DNA from: Lingula anatina
Lineage: Eukaryota; Animalia; Brachiopoda
DNA: 64,000 nt
Direction of reading: 5' to 3'
Assembly: GCA_051362555.1 (NCBI GenBank)
Contig: CM120641.1
Coordinates: 28,340,401-28,404,400 of the forward strand
In this document: in pieces, positions 24,234-35,600 of the stretch
Layout: every line of letters starts with the position of its first letter
Numbering within the stretch: position 1 is the stretch's first letter
The notes under the pieces: model-generated
Seen by the model: only the letters and a program-made list of their open reading frames with translations
The model's database searches: none
Told to the model about the DNA's origin: nothing
Program-made: the position numbers and the translations under genes

Positions 24234-26651
24234 AAATGCCACATTCCAAATAGCTGGGTGGCTTAGTCCATTATTGCAAAATAAAAGGGGAATGTGGGAG
24301 TAATAGAAGAACCAAGATTTTAGGATAAATCGTTAAAGATTTCATTTGCCATACTACCAGTAGGCCTATATATGTATTCGTTTTTGAAGAATATCTTAAG
24401 TTGGAAAATTTTGAAGTTAAGTGCTTCTTTTCCATTAAAAGTCATTTTTTCTTGTTCTTGTTTCCTACTAATTAAACTTCTCCACGCCACATGAAAAAAC
24501 TTCGAAGCAGTTCTCATTATGAAGTCGGTTAAGGTTCATTATTTTACTATGAATAAACTAATATATTAGCAGAGCCACAGTCCGTAATGGTAAACAGAAT
24601 ATAAATGTTATGTTCAGCCTACTCGTAACTCAGGATTGTGCAGGATTACCAGTCTTGGGAAAGCGCGAGTGGCGTCAAATGTCCCAGCTGGCTGCCTGCC
24701 TACATTGCATTTGTAGACGTAAACGCTTATAAGCTTTCTTGAAGCAAGATAATTTTTATATTCAAACAGGAATTATATCTACTGTGTAGAACTGGAAAAA
24801 GTGCCCAAAATTGGCACTGTGACTTTCAATACCATCGACCTGTGTGCATCTACACCGCCATGACCGTCTTTCAATCGACAATGCCACATACTGTAAATAA
24901 GGAAAATATCTAAGTCTTGCTTGATTTAATAACTTAATTATTAACTATAAATGTATAATATATTGATTCATTTAATGCTAAATTACAATCGCTTTGTGGC
25001 AAAATTGCAGGCTCGGGCCTATTTTCACCTCAAAAAGATGACAAATTACACGAGTCATTAATATATTAATAAATTACCCGTATGTTTCAGTTTTAATAAA
25101 TATACATCAGAATTATATTTTATACAAATATAGCAACACACTGTGCTCACAGAAAAAAAAAATGAAAATTAGAATAAGACATTTTTCATAAAAAACAAAA
25201 CAATTAGTAAATAGAATATTATAGCATTTGTTTATGTAACAGCTTTAGATAACTATTTTCTATTATTATTTAAAAGCAGTTATATATTAAACAAAGATAA
25301 AGAGCAAATGTATTTTACGTGTAACTGGGTGGTCCTGACCCCTCCCCCTTCGGTTTCTGAAAAATATATCATCAATATTCCCTTCTTGAAAAAAAATTGA
25401 CTAGCTGAATCATAGTTCTTAACCCCCCCCTCCCCCCCCCACACACACACACACGAAAGTTTTTTAAACCATGCCAGTTCTGAACAGTGAAAAGGGGGAC
25501 TATGGAGCTCTGCATGCCATCTTCTTTTAAGTAGTTAAAATATTTAAGCAAATGTAAAAAGTAACTAAAACATTAAATCACACCAAGTAGGCCTATATTA
25601 TCCTTTCGTTATGATTTCTCTGGACAACTCCACATAAATATAGCAAAAATGTATTATCACTTTATCTTTATTATTATCATCTGTGAAACAAGAAATGAAA
25701 TGAAAGTTTCTTCAAAGTGCATTGTGGATCAGTGTATATTGTAAGTAAGTGTTCCAGTGTAAGCGGACAAGGTCGTCCAATGATGGCCTGGGGCAGGTTT
25801 ATAAACTTGATATCATGTCAACAAGTTGCAAGGACACTGTCAATAATATTTGGGGGAGAGGCATTGCGTGGTTTCCGTCCAAAAACTATTATAGCTGTAC
25901 ATTGATTCTTCCCTCCAAGGTAAATGCGCGTTTTTTTTTCTGTTTAAACAAAAAAAGTTTAGGTATGAAAACGCTGAATGCATTTCAAACGTAGGTGTAT
26001 ATACAATGCAATAATAAAATTTGGATCTCATTCTCATACGACACCCGACATACGACAGGATGCTGACGACAGCAGCGCCCCCAGCCGACAATCTAAGATT
26101 GGAAGTCTAAGAGCGGGCAATTGTGAAGCGGGATGGACATGTTGCGTTTCACTCCAGAGGAGTACAAAGGACGCGAAGTGAGAGCGATTTTCTTCGGGCA
26201 ACCGCCTTCAAATCTCATGTGATCCTACGCCAATACATCGCACCTGAGGACAGCTTCTTTACTAGCACAAAACATCGAATGTTTCGTCTTTTCCCCATGG
26301 TGTGCTTCTGTGAATTCGACCCTTCAATCCATGCGAACTCTTCGCTCTGGGTAATGTACATGTACAAATAACACTCAGCTCTTAGCCCGGACCTCGAATA
26401 ACCGCTGCAGAAAAATTAATCGTAAATGGACTGAAATCCAAGCTACTGGAGATGGGTTAGTGCCACCATGTTATACTCTCTTTTCATTTCTGTCATATTC
26501 CTCTCTTGAAAGTTGAATGCCCTTTGAGGCCAGAACCTAAACCTTCATATGCCCTATTTAGGTCACGCTTGTTTGGTTGTCGTGTTTCTCTTCTAAGGCT
26601 GATGTGCATTTTCTCTCAAGTGTGAGTGAGTGTTTTTCCCTTTTGTGTATT

Positions 26652-27745
26652 GTTTTTATGTACAGACACATTTTTACATTTGGATTGTAAGTTTCAATCC
26701 AAATGTAAAAATGTGTATTGTTTTTATGTACAGACACATTTTTACATTTGGATTGAAACTTACAGAACTGATGAATATTCATTGTACACAGGTCAAGTTA
26801 GAAGATTGGCATGATCAGGCCATTTATATAAAAGCTGTTCTGTTTTTTAACTTTTTTCAGCATATATGCGCCACTGATAACACATTTCAAGGAAAATCAA
26901 TTGGCCAATTGTCTAGAAATTCACAGGCGTGATCAGTCTTACTGAAATACAGATTTAGTTCGAAAATAAGCTTGATTGGTTAAGTTTTGTTTTTGCATAT
27001 GTGTTTTTTCCTCAGATTTAATTCTGAGGCATGTTAACAGTCTCATTTTTTAACTACATGTAATTAGATATGTAAAGGTGTTCTTTTGGCATTTTCTGCA
27101 CCTTAACAATATTGTTAGTTGATTATATAAAAATGATGGTAAACCTGTTATTGTGTATTGTGTAATAAAGTTTCAAAAATGGAAATAAACTCATATCTTT
27201 ACAGTTTGTCAGATTCAATCATTCACTATGTTCAGAATCTCAGAATGGAGCAAATAGGGCATTTGAAATTGTTCTATTGATATTTTTCCTTTGTCAACAA
27301 TTTTCTAAGTTGATCGTTTAAAGATGCATACAAAGTCAATTTTTGTCACAAAAACCAACCAAATGCCAGCATATAGTTTCAAGTAGTATAATTAAGAGAA
27401 TTATCAAAAGGCATTGTTTAATTTTACCCAAAAATGATGTTTGAATGGATTTTTCTGCTGGCATTCTAAGCTGTATGTCAATGGGGCAGGAAAGTAGGTC
27501 ACGAAAGTACTGTAGGTTAAATTTACAACCAAAAATTTAAAGAAAGGAGCAATTTAAAGGTCTTTTATGGCTGATCGAGTGATCTATTCAGTTTATCCCT
27601 TGGCATGTCGAACTTATTTGAGTCATATAATAAACTAGTAGAAGTGGTTTACATGTGTTACTGGGAATCCACGCTCCATCGATGCTCGGTTCGTATGTAC
27701 CTTTAACAAGGCAGCAAAGCTGTCAAATGTACAGACAAAAGACAG
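26652..27745 (+). mobile_element. Helentron/DINE-1-like non-autonomous element (HINE), rearranged 5' end, interrupted by a TTAA-MITE
   Basis: Starts TTTTTATGTACAGACACA and is homologous in reverse to 28280-28830; ATGTACAGACA recurs near 27727, after the MITE. Confidence 0.6.
27322..27702 (-). mobile_element. TTAA-flanked MITE nested in the HINE-like element
   Basis: Reverse complement of 15380-15756; TTAA at 27318-27321 and 27703-27706; host homology resumes on both sides. Confidence 0.85.
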
Positions 27746-28279
27746 GAAATAACTATGCACAAAATAGGCTACTGTCAATTCTGATGCAAAAGAACATTAT
27801 GTTAAACTGCAAATTCAACATCAAATTTTAATTATGCTCAACAGGTAATACCAATGTAAGTAAAATGTGTAACAAGTTCACACTTTGAAAATGTATAACT
27901 TCCAGAAAAAGAAGCCAATTAGACTGCTTTTCCAACTCCGGCTGCATTTTAGTCCTGTATTTCTTTTTTGAAAGTTTGGCAATCATAAGTAACATGGTTT
28001 TCCCATAATGGTCATCATGGCAGCAGTGCCCAAAATAGTTTTTTTTTTTTTAATTTTGATGCAAGATTACATAATGTTTAACAGCACAATGACCATCAAT
28101 TTTAATAATAAAATATTAGTATTATGGATATTCAGAAAATGTGACTAGCAAAGGTCTTCAGGCCCATGGAACTTCAAAGTCACAACTTGAAAATGCCAAA
28201 ATGTGAAACAAGACAGCACTGTTCTGATATGTTTTTTTTTTTTTTCATTTTTAACAATTTTAAACATAAAACAAAATTA

Positions 28280-28968
28280 ACAGTTTACTGCCGTTTTTAT
28301 ATGATCAACTAAGAAAATTGATGATATGGGAAAAATATCAATAGAGCAGTGTTAAATGTCCAATTTCTTCCATTCTGAGATTCTGAATGATTGAATCTGA
28401 CAAACTGCAATGATATTAATTTATTTCCATTTTGAACATTTATTACACAATACACGATAACAAGTTTACCATCATTTTTACATAATCAACTAATAATGTT
28501 GTAAAGATGCAGGAAATGCCAAACAAACACTTTTACGTATCTTACTAACTAAATAATGAAACTGTTAACATGCCTAAGAATTGAATCTGAGGAAATGTGA
28601 AAAAACAGCATAACTTCTAAAATAGTGGCCGATTTTCGAACACTCAACCTGCGTTTTAGTAAGATTGACCACTCCTGTGAGTTTCATGACAACAGGCCTA
28701 ACGGTTTTCCTTAAAATGTGTTTACAGGGTTGCATATATGCTGAAAAGTGAAAAAACAGCCCTATCATGCTGATTTTCGAACTTGACCTGCGTTTTATGA
28801 ATATTCATCAGCTCTGTAAATATAAAGCCAAAAAGTAAAACTGTCCTCCACTTATCGTCTTTACAAGGAAAGTGCATGGCGACGGCATCGGCATCGGCGA
28901 CGGCGACGGCGACGACAGACGCAGGTGATGGCAATATGTACAGACACATCTGTGTCTGTACATAAAAA
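28280..28968 (-). mobile_element. Helentron/DINE-1-like non-autonomous element (HINE)
   Basis: On the minus strand: T-run, 14-bp-stem hairpin TATGTACAGACACA-GA-TGTGTCTGTACATA (28935-28964), (GTCGCC/GATGCC)n microsatellite (28878-28918), then two ~140-150-bp core repeats. This is the HINE architecture. Confidence 0.7.
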
Positions 28969-29324
28969 TACAGTAAATTGCTCATTTTGTTTTATGTAAA
29001 AAAGGTGTTGAAAATGGAAAGAAAATCATTTCCGTACAGTTATCTCTTGTTTACATTTTGGTATTTTGAAGGTGTGACTCTGAACTTCCATGACCTTGAA
29101 GACCTTTCCATGTCACATTTGTTGAATATCCATTATTCTTTTATTTTATTATTAAACTAAACACATCTAGGCTAAAAGGGTGAACCATGCTTAGGTGCAA
29201 ATCAAGCTTAGGAGCTTAATGCGTTGAAAAAATCAGACAAAGCAGGCACTTGGATGTTTTGTACCAAAAATAAAAACATTTCAGGTCATTTTAATGTCTT
29301 TTCATGCAAGAATGTCTAACAACT

Positions 29325-29473
29325 GGGGTTGATACAATGTTGTTATCTGACGTTGATACAACGTTGTTATCTGAGGTTGAGTCAACTTTCAAATCCAATG
29401 ATAATCCAACGTATTATCAACGTTATGGTTCAACATTGTTTCAACGCTAAAACACGATAATTTGCCCACTGGG
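29325..29473 (-). mobile_element. Terminal fragment of a CACTA/EnSpm-like DNA transposon
   Basis: End CCCAGTGGGCAAA (reverse strand) with multiple CAACGTTG-like subterminal repeats; only one end present. Confidence 0.5.
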
Positions 29474-29662
29474 ATCCCTATTTTGGGCACTGCCTCCCCA
29501 GTGACCATTAAAGGAAAACCATGTCACTTTCACTTCTCCAACTTTAAGAACTCAAACAAAGAAAAGTAGCATAGGACTTAAACATAGCTTGAAACTAAAC
29601 ATAGTTGAAAAACCTATCTTATTGGTTAATCGCTCTGGAAATTATATAGAATAGATTTCAAG

Positions 29663-32600
29663 GTTGGTAAATTTTATTTTATTTATTTATTTTGGGGGGT
29701 GGGGGTGGGGGGTGGTAGGATGGGTAAATTGAAAAAAATCTAATCTTGCTTTTCATTTCTTTTTACAGAACAAAGAAGATGATGTCCACACCCGGACATG
29801 GACTTCACTCTTGGATCCAAGCTAAGGTTAGTAAATTTTATTTTTTGGGGGTGGTGAGAGGGGTAAATTGAAAAAATCTAACCTTGTATTTAATTTCTTT
29901 TTACAGGACAAAGAAGATGATGAGCGACCCCACCAGGACATAGACTTCACTCTTGGATCCAAGTTAAGGTTAGTAAATTTTATATTTCTGGGGTGGTGGG
30001 ATGGGTTAATTGAAAACATCTAATCTTGTTTTTCTATTCTTTTTACAGGACAAAGAAGATGATGAGCGACCCCACCCGACATGGACTTCACTCTTGGATC
30101 TAAACTAAGGTTAGTAAATTTTATTTTTTTGGGGGTAGCGGGATGGTTAAATTGAAAAAATCTAATCTAGTTTTTCATTTATTTTTACAGGACAGAGAAG
30201 ACGATGGGCGACCCCACCCAGACATAGACTTGACTCTTGGATCCAAGCTAAGGTTAGTAAATTTTATTTTTCTTTGGTGGCGGAAAGGGTAAATTAAAAA
30301 TATCTTATCTTGTTTTTCATTTCTTTTTACAGGTCGAAAAAGATGATGAGCGACTCCACCCGGACATGGACTTCACTCTTGGATCCAAACTAAGGTTAGT
30401 AAATTTTATTTTTTTTTGGTGATGGGATGGGTAAATTGAAAACATCTAATCTTGTTTTTCTATTCTTTTTACAGGACAAAGAAGATGATGAGCGACCCCA
30501 CCCGGACATGGACTTCACTCTTGGACCCTAGCTAAGGTTAGTAAATTTTATTTTTCTTTGGTGATGGGATGGGTAAATTGAAAACATCTAATCTTGTTTT
30601 TCTATTCTTTTTACAGGACAAAGAAGATGATGAGCGACCCCACCCGGACATGGACTTCACTCTTGGACCCTAGCTAAGGTTAGTAAATTTTATTTTTCTT
30701 TGGTGGTGGGATGGGTAAATTGAAAATATCTAACCTTGTTTTTCATTACTTTTTACAGGACAAAGAAGATGATGAGCAACCCCACCCGGAACATGGACTT
30801 CACTGTTGGATCCAAGCTAAGGTTAGTAAATTTTATTGTTTGGGGGTAGCAGGATGGTTAAATTGAAAAAATCTAATCTAGTTTTTCATTTATTTTTACA
30901 GGACAGAGAAGATGATGAGCGACCCCACCCGGACATGGACTTCACTCTTGGATCCAAGCTAAGGTTAGTAAATTTTATTTTTTGGGGGTAGTGGGATGGT
31001 TAAATTGAAAATATCTAACCTTGTTTTTTATTTCTTTTTACAGGACAAAGAAGATGATGAGCAACCCCACCCGGACATGGACTTCACTCTTGGATCCAAG
31101 CTAAGGTTAGTAAATTTTATTTTAAGGGGGTAGTGGGATTGTTAATTTGAAAAAATCTAATCTAGTTTTTCATTTACTTTTACAGGACAAAGAAGATGAT
31201 GAGCGACCCCACCCAGACATGGACTTCACTCTTGGATCCAAGCTAAGGTTAGTAAATTTTATTTTAAAGGGGTAGTGGGATTGTTAATTTGAAAAAATCT
31301 AATCTAGTTTTTCATTTATTTTTACAGGACAAAGAAGATGATGAGCAACCCCACCCGGACATGGACTTCACTCTTGGATCCAAGCTAAGGTTAGTAAATT
31401 TTATTTTTTGGGGGGTAGTGGGATGGTTAAATTGAAAAAATCTAATCTTGTTTTTCATTTCTTTTTACAGGACAAAGAAGATGCTGATTGACCCCACCCG
31501 GAACATGGACTTCACTCTTGGATCCAAGCTAAGGTTAGTAAATTTTATTTTTTGGGGGGTAGTGGGATGGTTAAATTGAAAAAATCTAATCTTGTTTTTC
31601 ATTTCTTTTTACAGGACAAAGAAGACGATGAGCAACCCCACCAGGACATGGACTTCACTCTTGGATCCAAGCTAAGGTTAGTAAATTTTATTTTTTTTGG
31701 TGGTAGGATGGTTAATTTGAAAATATCTTATCTTGTTTTTCATTTCTTTTTACAGGACAAAGAAGATGATGAACGACCCCACCCGGACATGGACTTCACT
31801 CTTGGATCTAAGCTAAGGTTAGTAAATTTTATTTTTCTTTGGTGGTAGGATGGTTAATTTGAAAATATCTTATCTTGTTTTTCATTTCTTTTTACAGGAC
31901 AAAGAAGATGCTGATTGACCCCACCCGGAACATGGACTTCACTCTTGGATCCAAGCTAAGGTTAGTAAATTTTATTTTTTGGGGGGTAGTGGGATGGTTA
32001 AATTGAAAAAATCTAATCTTGTTTTTCATTTCTTTTTACAGGACAAAGAAGACGATGAGCAACCCCACCAGGACATGGACTTCACTCTTGGATCCAAGCT
32101 AAGGTTAGTAAATTTTATTTTTTTGGTAGTGGGATGGGTAAATTGAAAATATCTAACCTTGTTTTTCATTTCTTTTTACAGGACAAAGAAGATGATCAGC
32201 AACCCCACCCGGACATGGACTTCACTCTTGGATCCAAGCTAAGGTTAGTAAATTTTATTTTAAGGGGGTAGTGGGATTGTTAATTTGAAAAAATCTAATC
32301 TAGTTTTTCATTTACTTTTACAGGACAAAGAAGATGATGAGCGACCCCACCCAGACATGGACTTCACTCTTGGATCCAAGCTAAGGTTAGTAAATTTTAT
32401 TTTAAAGGGGTAGTGGGATTGTTAATTTGAAAAAATCTAATCTAGTTTTTCATTTACTTTTACAGGACAAAGAAGATGATGAGCAACCCCACCCGGATAT
32501 GGACTTCACTCTTGGATCCAAGCTAAGGTTAGTAAATTTTATTTTTTTTGGTAGTGGGATGGGTAAATTGAAAATATCTAACCTTGTTTTTCATTTCTTT

Positions 32601-35600
32601 TTACAGGACAAAGAAGATGATCAGCAACCCCACCCGGACATGGACTTCACTCTTGGATCCAAGCTAAGGTTAGTAAATTTTATTTTAAGGGGGTAGTGGG
32701 ATTGTTAATTTGAAAAAATCTAATCTAGTTTTTCATTTACTTTTACAGGACAAAGAAGATGATGAACGACCCCACCCGGACATGGACTTCACTCTTGGAT
32801 TTAAGCTAAGGTTAGTAAATTTTATTTTTCTTTGGTGGTAGGATGGTTAATTTGAAAATATCTTATCTTGTTTTTCATTTCTTTTTACAGGACAAAGAAG
32901 ATGCTGATTGACCCCACCCGGAACATGGACTTCACTCTTGGATCCAAGCTAAGGTTAGTAAATTTTATTTTTTGGGGGGTAGTGGGATGGTCAAATTGAA
33001 AAAATCTAATCTTGTTTTTCATTTCTTTTTACAGGACAAAGAAGATGATGAGCGACCCCACCAGGACATGGACTTCACTCTTGGATCCAAGCTAAAGTTA
33101 GTAAATTTTATTTTTTTTGGTAGTGGGATGGGTAAATTGAAAATATCTAACCTTGTTTTTTATTTCTTTTTACAGGATAAAGAAGATGATGAGCAACCCC
33201 ACCCGGACATGGACTTCACTCTTGGATCCAACCTAAGGTTAGTAAATTTTATTTTAAGGGGGTAGTGGGATTGTTAATTTGAAAAAATCTAATCTAGTTT
33301 TTCATTTACTTTTACAGGACTAAGAAGATGATGAGCGACCCCACCCGGACATGGACTTCACTCTTGGATCCAAGCTAAGGTTAGTAAATTTTATTTTTTT
33401 TGGTAGTGGGATGGGTAAATTGAAAATATCTAACCTTGTTTTTCATTTCTTTTTACAGGACAAAGAAGATGATCAGCAACCCCACCCGGACATGGACTTC
33501 ACTCTTGGATCCAAGCTAAGGTTAGTAAATTTTATTTTAAGGGGGTAGTGGGATTGTTAATTTGAAAAAATCTAATCTAGTTTTTCATTTACTTTTACAG
33601 GACAAAGAAGATGATGAACGACCCCACCCGGACATGGACTTCACTCTTGGATCTAAGCTAAGGTTAGTAAATTTTATTTTTCTTTGGTGGTAGGATGGTT
33701 AATTTGAAAATATCTTATCTTGTTTTTCATTTCTTTTTACAGGACAAAGAAGATGCTGATTGACCCCACCCTGAACATGGACTTCACTCTTGGATCCAAG
33801 CTAAGGTTAGTAAATTTTATTTTTTGGGGGGTAGTGGGATGGTCAAATTGAAAAAATCTAATCTTGTTTTTCATTTCTTTTTACAGGACAAAGAAGATGA
33901 TGAGCGACCCAACCAGGACATGGACTTCACTCTTGGATCCAAGCTAAAGTTAGTAAATTTTATTTTTTTTGGTAGTGGGATGGGTAAATTGAAAATATCT
34001 AACCTTGTTTTTTATTTCTTTTTACAGGATAAAGAAGATGATGAGCAACCCCACCCGGACATGGACTTCACTCTTGGATCCAACCTAAGGTTAGTAAATT
34101 TTATTTTAAGGGGGTAGTGGGATTGTTAATTTGAAAAAATCTAATCTAGTTTTTCATTTACTTTTACAGGACTAAGAAGATGATGAGCGACCCCACCCGG
34201 ACATGGACTTCACTCTTGGATCCAAGCTAGGGTTAGTAAATTTTATTTTATGGGGGTAGTGGGATGGTTAAATTGAAAAAATCTAATCTACTTTTTCATT
34301 TCTTTTTACAGGACAAAGAAGATGATGAGCAACCCCACCCAGACATGGACTTCACTCTTGGATCCAAGCTAAGGTTAGTAAATTTTATTTTTGTGGGTTA
34401 GTGGGATGGTTAAATTGAAAAATTCTAATCTAGTTTTTCATTTCTTTTTACAGGACAAAGAAGATGATGAGCGACCCCACCCGGACATGGACTTCACTCT
34501 TGAATCCAAGCTAAGGTTAGTAAATTTTATTTTTCTTTGGTGGTGGGATGGGTAATTTGAAAATAACTTATCTTGTTTTTCATTTCTTTTTACAGGACAA
34601 ATAAGATGATGAGCGACCCCACCCGGAACATGGACTTCACTCTTGGATCCAAGCTAAGGTTAGTAAATTTTATTTTTTGGGGGGTAGTGGGATGGTTAAA
34701 TTGAAAAAATCTAATCTTGTTTTTCATTTCTTTTTACAGGATAAAGAAGACGATGAGCGACCCCAGCAGGACATGGACTTCACACTTGGATTCAAGCTAA
34801 GGTTAGTAAATTTTTTTTTTTTGGTAGTGGGATGGGTAAATTGAAAATATCTGACCTTGTTTTTCATTTCTTTTTACAGGATAAAGAAGATGATGAGCAA
34901 CCCCACCCGGACATGGACTTCACTCTTGGATCCAACATAAGGTTAGTAAATTTTATTTTAAGGGGGTAGTGGGATGGTTAATTTGAAAAAATCTAATCTA
35001 GTTTTTCATTTACTTTTACAGGACAAAGAAGATGATGAGCAACCCCACCCGGACATGGACTTCACTCTTGGATCCAAGCTAAGGTTAGTAAATTTTATTT
35101 TTGTGGGGTAGTGGGATGGTTAAATTGAAAAATTCTAATCTAGTTTTTCATTTCTTTTTACAGGACAAAGAAGATGATGAGCGACCCCACCCGGACATGG
35201 ACTTCACTCTTGGATCCAAGCTAAGGTTAGTAAATTTTATTTTTTTTGGTAGTGTGATGGGTAAATTGAAAATATCTAACCTTGTTTTTCATTTCTTTTT
35301 ACAGGACAAAGAAGATGATGAGCAACCCCACCCGGACATGGACTTCACTCTTGGATCCAAGCTAAGGTTAGTAAATTTTATTTTAAGGGGGTAGTGGGAT
35401 TGTTAATTTGAAAAAATCTAATCTAGTTTTTCATTTACTTTTACAGGACAAAGAAGATGATGAGCGACCCCACCCATAAATGGACTTCACTCTTGGATCT
35501 AAGCTAAGGTTAGTAAATTTTATTTTTCTTTGGTGGTAGGATGGTTAATTTGAAAAAATCTAATCTTGTTTTTCATTTCTTTTTACAGGACAAAGAAGAT

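Noticed and set aside
24600-25520. CpG-containing patch and C-rich runs suggesting another TE or promoter
   Set aside because: No termini, TSD or ORF could be defined.
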